Below are positions 60,307-64,000 of a stretch of DNA of 64,000 nucleotides, piece after piece. The notes beneath the pieces are model-generated. The model was not told the origin of the DNA, searched no databases, and was given only the letters and a program-made list of their open reading frames with translations. The stretch covers positions 64,406 through 128,405 of the forward strand of contig CAZWWH010000001.1 of assembly GCA_964637365.1 (NCBI GenBank), written 5' to 3'. The position numbers and the translations under genes were made by a program. This stretch comes from an uncultured Peptococcaceae bacterium. GTDB lineage: Bacteria > Bacillota > Dehalobacteriia > UBA7702. The stretch's first letter is position 1, and each line of letters starts with the position of its first letter.

Positions 60307-60412
60307 CACGAAAAAATCATACTAGTATATTTATATTCGATCCGCCCTGTTTTCATCACAGACGATCAAGACAGAGAGCAAATAAAAAAACATAATTTAA
60401 GGAGGAAACAAC

Positions 60413-61051
60413 ATGGCAACATTACAAGATTTATCCAAGGCTGTTATCGCTGGGAAAACCAATAAGGTAAAAAAATTGATTGATGCGCTTTTGGAAGAAA
60501 AAGTCGCTCCTTTGGACATCATCAACGTCGGTCTCATCGGTGGCATGACAGAAGTGGGGGTTCGCTTCAAAGCAAACCAAATGTTTGTTCCCGAGGTTCT
60601 CATGTCGGCTCAAGCAATGGAAGCAGGCACGGATATTGTAAAACCTCTGATGAATGCCGAAGACCTCCCGGCTTTGGGCTCTGTACTCTTGGGTACTGTC
60701 AAAGGCGACTTGCACGATATTGGGAAAAACCTCGTAGGGATGATGCTGGAAAGTGTCGGCTTCAAAGTCATCAACGCAGGCATTGATGTTTCCCCTGAAG
60801 CCTTTGTGGAAGGCGTCAAAGAGCATAAACCCGATGTGGTCGCAATGTCGGCACTTCTCACCACCACCATGCTTCACATGAAAGACACCATTGAGCTGTT
60901 AAAGGAAGAAGGCCTCAGAGATCAGGTTAAGGTCATTATCGGCGGCGCTCCCGTTTCCCAAGACTTTGCCGATGAAATCTTTGCCGACGGCTTCGGCCCC
61001 GACGCTGTTTCCGCTACGGATCTTTGCAAAAAATTGCTGGGCATTTCCTAA
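60413..61051 (+). CDS. Cobalamin-binding corrinoid protein (MtbC/MttC/MtgC-like)
   Basis: B12-binding-2 cap helix plus B12-binding Rossmann domain with DxHxxG (GDLHDIGKNLV) and ..SALLTT..GG motifs. Confidence 0.9.
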   Translation: MATLQDLSKAVIAGKTNKVKKLIDALLEEKVAPLDIINVGLIGGMTEVGVRFKANQMFVPEVLMSAQAMEAGTDIVKPLMNAEDLPALGSVLLGTVKGDLHDIGKNLVGMMLESVGFKVINAGIDVSPEAFVEGVKEHKPDVVAMSALLTTTMLHMKDTIELLKEEGLRDQVKVIIGGAPVSQDFADEIFADGFGPDAVSATDLCKKLLGIS

Positions 61052-61104
61052 TCCCCAATCAGGCTTGAACCTTTACAGCTTCCCCACAGAAAGGAGAGAA
61101 AGCA

Positions 61105-62574
61105 TTGTTTACGACGAAAAGCTTATATACAAAATCTGACTTTAAAGTCAATCAAAATATCGAATGGACCATTTTGTCCGACGACCAGTGTGAAGATATT
61201 TTCTTAACCGCTCTGGAATTATTGGAACGGACCGGCGCCGACATTTTAAGCGCCAAAGCCCGGGAAATCTTTGCCCAAAATGGTTGCCTCGTCAATGGAG
61301 ACCGCGTCCGCATCCCCTCTATCAAAGTACAAAAAGCTTTAAATGAAACACCGAAACGCTTGACTCTTTGTAACCGCAATGGCCAACGGGCCATGGTTCT
61401 GGAGGCCGGCAACATTCATTACGGCCCCGGTTTTGACAATAAAAAAATCATGGATATCGAAACCGAAGAAATTCGTGATGCCAAAAAATCCGACGTTGCC
61501 GACATCGCCAAAATTTGCGACAGCATTGCCGATGTAGATTTTGTAATGAACAATGGGCTTCCCGGTGACGTTCCCGCTGCAGTGGCAGCACTCCACAGCT
61601 ATGAAGCTCTGGTTTCCAACACCACCAAACCTGTTATCCAGGAAGTGAAAACCAAAGCCCAGGCAGAAGCCGTCATGGAAATGGCCTTTGCCGTAGCGGG
61701 CAGCGCCGAAGCCTTTGCTTACGATCCCTTTACCGCTCTTCTGGTGGAAAACGAAGAAACCCTGTCCATCAATGCGGAAGCCACCGACATCGTATTGGCC
61801 GCTGCTACCAAAGGCATGCCGGTGATTTTCTCCAACCGTCTCATCACCGGTCTTACCGCTCCCATGGAAAGCGCAGGCGCAATCATCAGTGCTCTGGCCA
61901 ACTCCCTAGCCGCCATCGTATTGGCACAAATGGCAGCTCCCGGTGCTCCCGTCATTACCGGCGGATTCTTCACCATCAATGACAAAGACAATGAAACCTG
62001 CCCTTACGGTGCACCGGAAATCTCCCTGTTGGGTGCTGGTTTCAGCGCAGTGCTCCGCTATCTCAAGGTTCCCAGCTTTGGTTTCGCCGGCGGCACCGAC
62101 GCCAAGATCAGCGACGCTCAAATGGGCCTCGAATCCACATTCTCTCTGCTCCAGTCCGGTCTCTCCGGCACCAACCTGATTTACGGTGCAGGGCAAATGG
62201 AAACCGGCGAGTATGGCAGCGCTTTCCTGGTGGTCATGGCCAGTGAGGTTATGGGCATGACCCGCCGCATCATCAGCGGCGTTCCCATGGACGAAGACCG
62301 TTTGGCCCGCGGCGTTATCGACGATGTGCAGCCCGGTGGCCACTATCTCGGATCCCCTCACACCAGATATTACTTCAAGAAGGAACAATTCTGGCCCAAA
62401 TTGATGAACCGCGCCAGAATTGACGACTGGACCGCCGCAGGGGCAAAATCTTTGGGACAGCGCACCATGGAAATGACCAGAGACTTGCTGGCCATGGCAG
62501 CGCCCGAAGCATTGCCTGCCGACACTGCTGCCGCCTTGAAGGACATCATCACCAAAGCTGAAGCTGAACTGTAA
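61105..62574 (+). CDS. MttB-superfamily methyltransferase, non-pyrrolysine type (quaternary amine:corrinoid methyltransferase, MtgB-like)
   Basis: 489 aa TIM-barrel trimethylamine-methyltransferase family with no in-frame TAG; TTG start preceded by AAAGGAGAG. Confidence 0.85.
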   Translation: MFTTKSLYTKSDFKVNQNIEWTILSDDQCEDIFLTALELLERTGADILSAKAREIFAQNGCLVNGDRVRIPSIKVQKALNETPKRLTLCNRNGQRAMVLEAGNIHYGPGFDNKKIMDIETEEIRDAKKSDVADIAKICDSIADVDFVMNNGLPGDVPAAVAALHSYEALVSNTTKPVIQEVKTKAQAEAVMEMAFAVAGSAEAFAYDPFTALLVENEETLSINAEATDIVLAAATKGMPVIFSNRLITGLTAPMESAGAIISALANSLAAIVLAQMAAPGAPVITGGFFTINDKDNETCPYGAPEISLLGAGFSAVLRYLKVPSFGFAGGTDAKISDAQMGLESTFSLLQSGLSGTNLIYGAGQMETGEYGSAFLVVMASEVMGMTRRIISGVPMDEDRLARGVIDDVQPGGHYLGSPHTRYYFKKEQFWPKLMNRARIDDWTAAGAKSLGQRTMEMTRDLLAMAAPEALPADTAAALKDIITKAEAEL

Positions 62575-62589
62575 GGAGGGGTGAATCCA

Positions 62590-64000
62590 TGAGAACCAAT
62601 TATAAAGCCAACACAGGTGTGTCCATGCACGTTTTTTCCGAAGCCCAATGCCGTGAATTGGTTTTGGCCGCTGAAGAAGCCATGTGGCGCACAGGAACAG
62701 ATTTTTATGATCCCGAATCCATTGAGATTTTGAGAAAAGCCGGCTGCTGGGTTGACGGCAAAAGAGTCCGTATCCCCGCTCACATTACCGAAGCCGCGTT
62801 GAGAAGCTGCCAGAAACACGTTGTTCTCTGCAACAGCCGTACCGGCGCCAGAGAACTCTTCCTGGAAGGCGGAAACTCCTACTTCGGTTCCGGCCCCTGC
62901 ACACCCTTTACCCGCAATCCTTATACCGGAGAACGCCATCGTGCCACCCGCCAAAGCGTTGCTTGGGCCACCAAGGTTTTGGATGCACTTCCCAACATCG
63001 ACTATGCCATGAGCTTGGGGATTGTTCAGGACGTACCCCTTCTCATTTCTGACCGTCATGAATTTGAACAACAAATTTTGAATACGGAAAAACCCATCAT
63101 CACCGTTTGCGTTGACCAATGGGGACAGGATGACTGCATTAAAATGGCAGAAATCGTCGCCGGTGGCGAAGAAGAATTGAGAAGAAATCCCTTCATTTGC
63201 CTTTACGCAGAACCCATCTCCCCCGGGGTACACTGCATTGAAGCGGCGCAAAAATTAGTGACCGGCGCCAAGAAAGGTTTGCCCACCATTTATACGCCTT
63301 GCATTATGGCAGGTGGTACTGCTCCCGCCACTATGGCAGGGGTTATGGTTCAGGGCCTTTGCGAAAGCCTCAGCGGTCTCGTTTTGAGCCAATGCACCAG
63401 AGAAGGCGCTCCCTTCATTATGGGTGGTGTTTACACCATTCTTGATATGGGTTCCACCATCTTCTCTTACGGCGCTCCCGAATTAAGCCTCCTTCTCGCC
63501 GGTTTAGCTGACGTGGCTCATTACCTCAACATCCCCATGTTCGGTACCTCCGGTTGCACCGATACCTGCATCATTGATGAACAGGCCGGTGTGGAAGCGG
63601 CCCTCTCCATCGCCATGACCGACATGTCCGGCGCCAATTTGAACCACGATATTGGCTACTCCGAATACGGCACTACCTCCAACTTGGATTTGGTAGTCAT
63701 CGCTGACGAAGTTTTGGGTATGGCTCGCCGCCTCACCGCAGGCATTGAAGTCAACGAAGAAACTAAGGCCTTGTCCAAGATCGAAGCCGCAGGCCCCGGC
63801 GGTCGCTACGATGTCATTGACCGTGACGACGATTGGGACGATGACGACGACGATGAAGATTACGTACCAAAGAATCCCAGAATGGATTACAAAAACCGTT
63901 TGGTGCACCGTGGCGCCAGAGAGCTCTGGCAGAAGGCCGGCGGAAAGACCTTGACCCAGGTCGCCAACGAAAAAGTTCGCGACATCATCGAATATCATGA
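62590..64000 (+). CDS. Second MttB-superfamily methyltransferase paralog (non-Pyl), 3' end outside the window
   Basis: Frame 1 is open from ATG 62590 to the window end (470 codons) and not listed in the ORF track because it has no stop; clear MttB-family similarity; unusual Asp-rich insertion near the C-terminus. Confidence 0.8.

Noticed and set aside
62370-63251. 293 aa minus-strand ORF (also 63504-63998 minus, 164 aa; 61906-62388 minus, 160 aa)
   Set aside because: Antisense shadow ORFs inside the two MttB-family genes; Gly/Ala-rich, low-complexity translations with no start context. The + strand frames have clear family similarity.
61105-64000. Possible pyrrolysine (in-frame UAG) in the MttB-family genes
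   Set aside because: Both + strand frames were read through by hand and contain no in-frame TAG. These are non-Pyl MttB-superfamily members.
1-64000. CRISPR arrays, IS elements or transposases, integrases, prophage genes
   Set aside because: No spaced direct-repeat arrays, no inverted-repeat-flanked transposase ORFs, and no phage-like gene sets were seen. The only repeats are the 88 bp promoter duplication and short intragenic repeats.

Overview
This 64 kb window looks like the chromosome of a spore-forming Firmicute (Clostridia-like, roughly 50% GC); the most notable content is a quaternary-amine/betaine-type demethylation module at the right edge. That module (57.3-64.0 kb) has a PocR-like/AraC regulator divergent from a BCCT transporter, a B12-binding corrinoid protein and two non-pyrrolysine MttB-superfamily methyltransferase paralogs, the second truncated by the window edge; it sits behind a 450 bp very AT-rich control region and its substrate cannot be read from sequence. 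The middle (27-53 kb) is a conserved housekeeping block in B. subtilis-like order, all on the minus strand: nfeD-floA-yqfB-like, YgiQ radical SAM, DUF2284, rpsU, HIT, mtaB, rsmE, prmA, dnaJ, dnaK, grpE, hrcA (with CIRCE and a sigma-A promoter), hemW, lepA, murJ, spoIIP, then rpsT, a zinc-ribbon/SH3 protein, holA and leuS with a T-box leader. The left arm (1-27 kb) is more accessory. It holds an SPFH / zinc-ribbon / TPM / MGMT-domain operon that resembles B. subtilis ydjGHI but lacks pspA. It also holds tRNA-Gly(UCC), rdgB-rph, a CorC/HlyC transporter, a multidomain polysaccharide deacetylase, a GntR/ABC transporter trio, a duplicated promoter in front of a lipoprotein gene, mutY, a DmpA peptidase, an OPT transporter, a CoA-transferase, a stand-alone homocysteine-methyltransferase-domain protein, and a 1200 aa envelope protein paired with a membrane-anchored 280 aa protein. 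The right arm (53-64 kb) has a CaCA exchanger, guaA, a GNAT and the MttB-family module. Secondary points of interest are the pspA-less SPFH operon with multiple zinc ribbons, the large uncharacterised envelope-protein pair, and the tandem promoter duplication.
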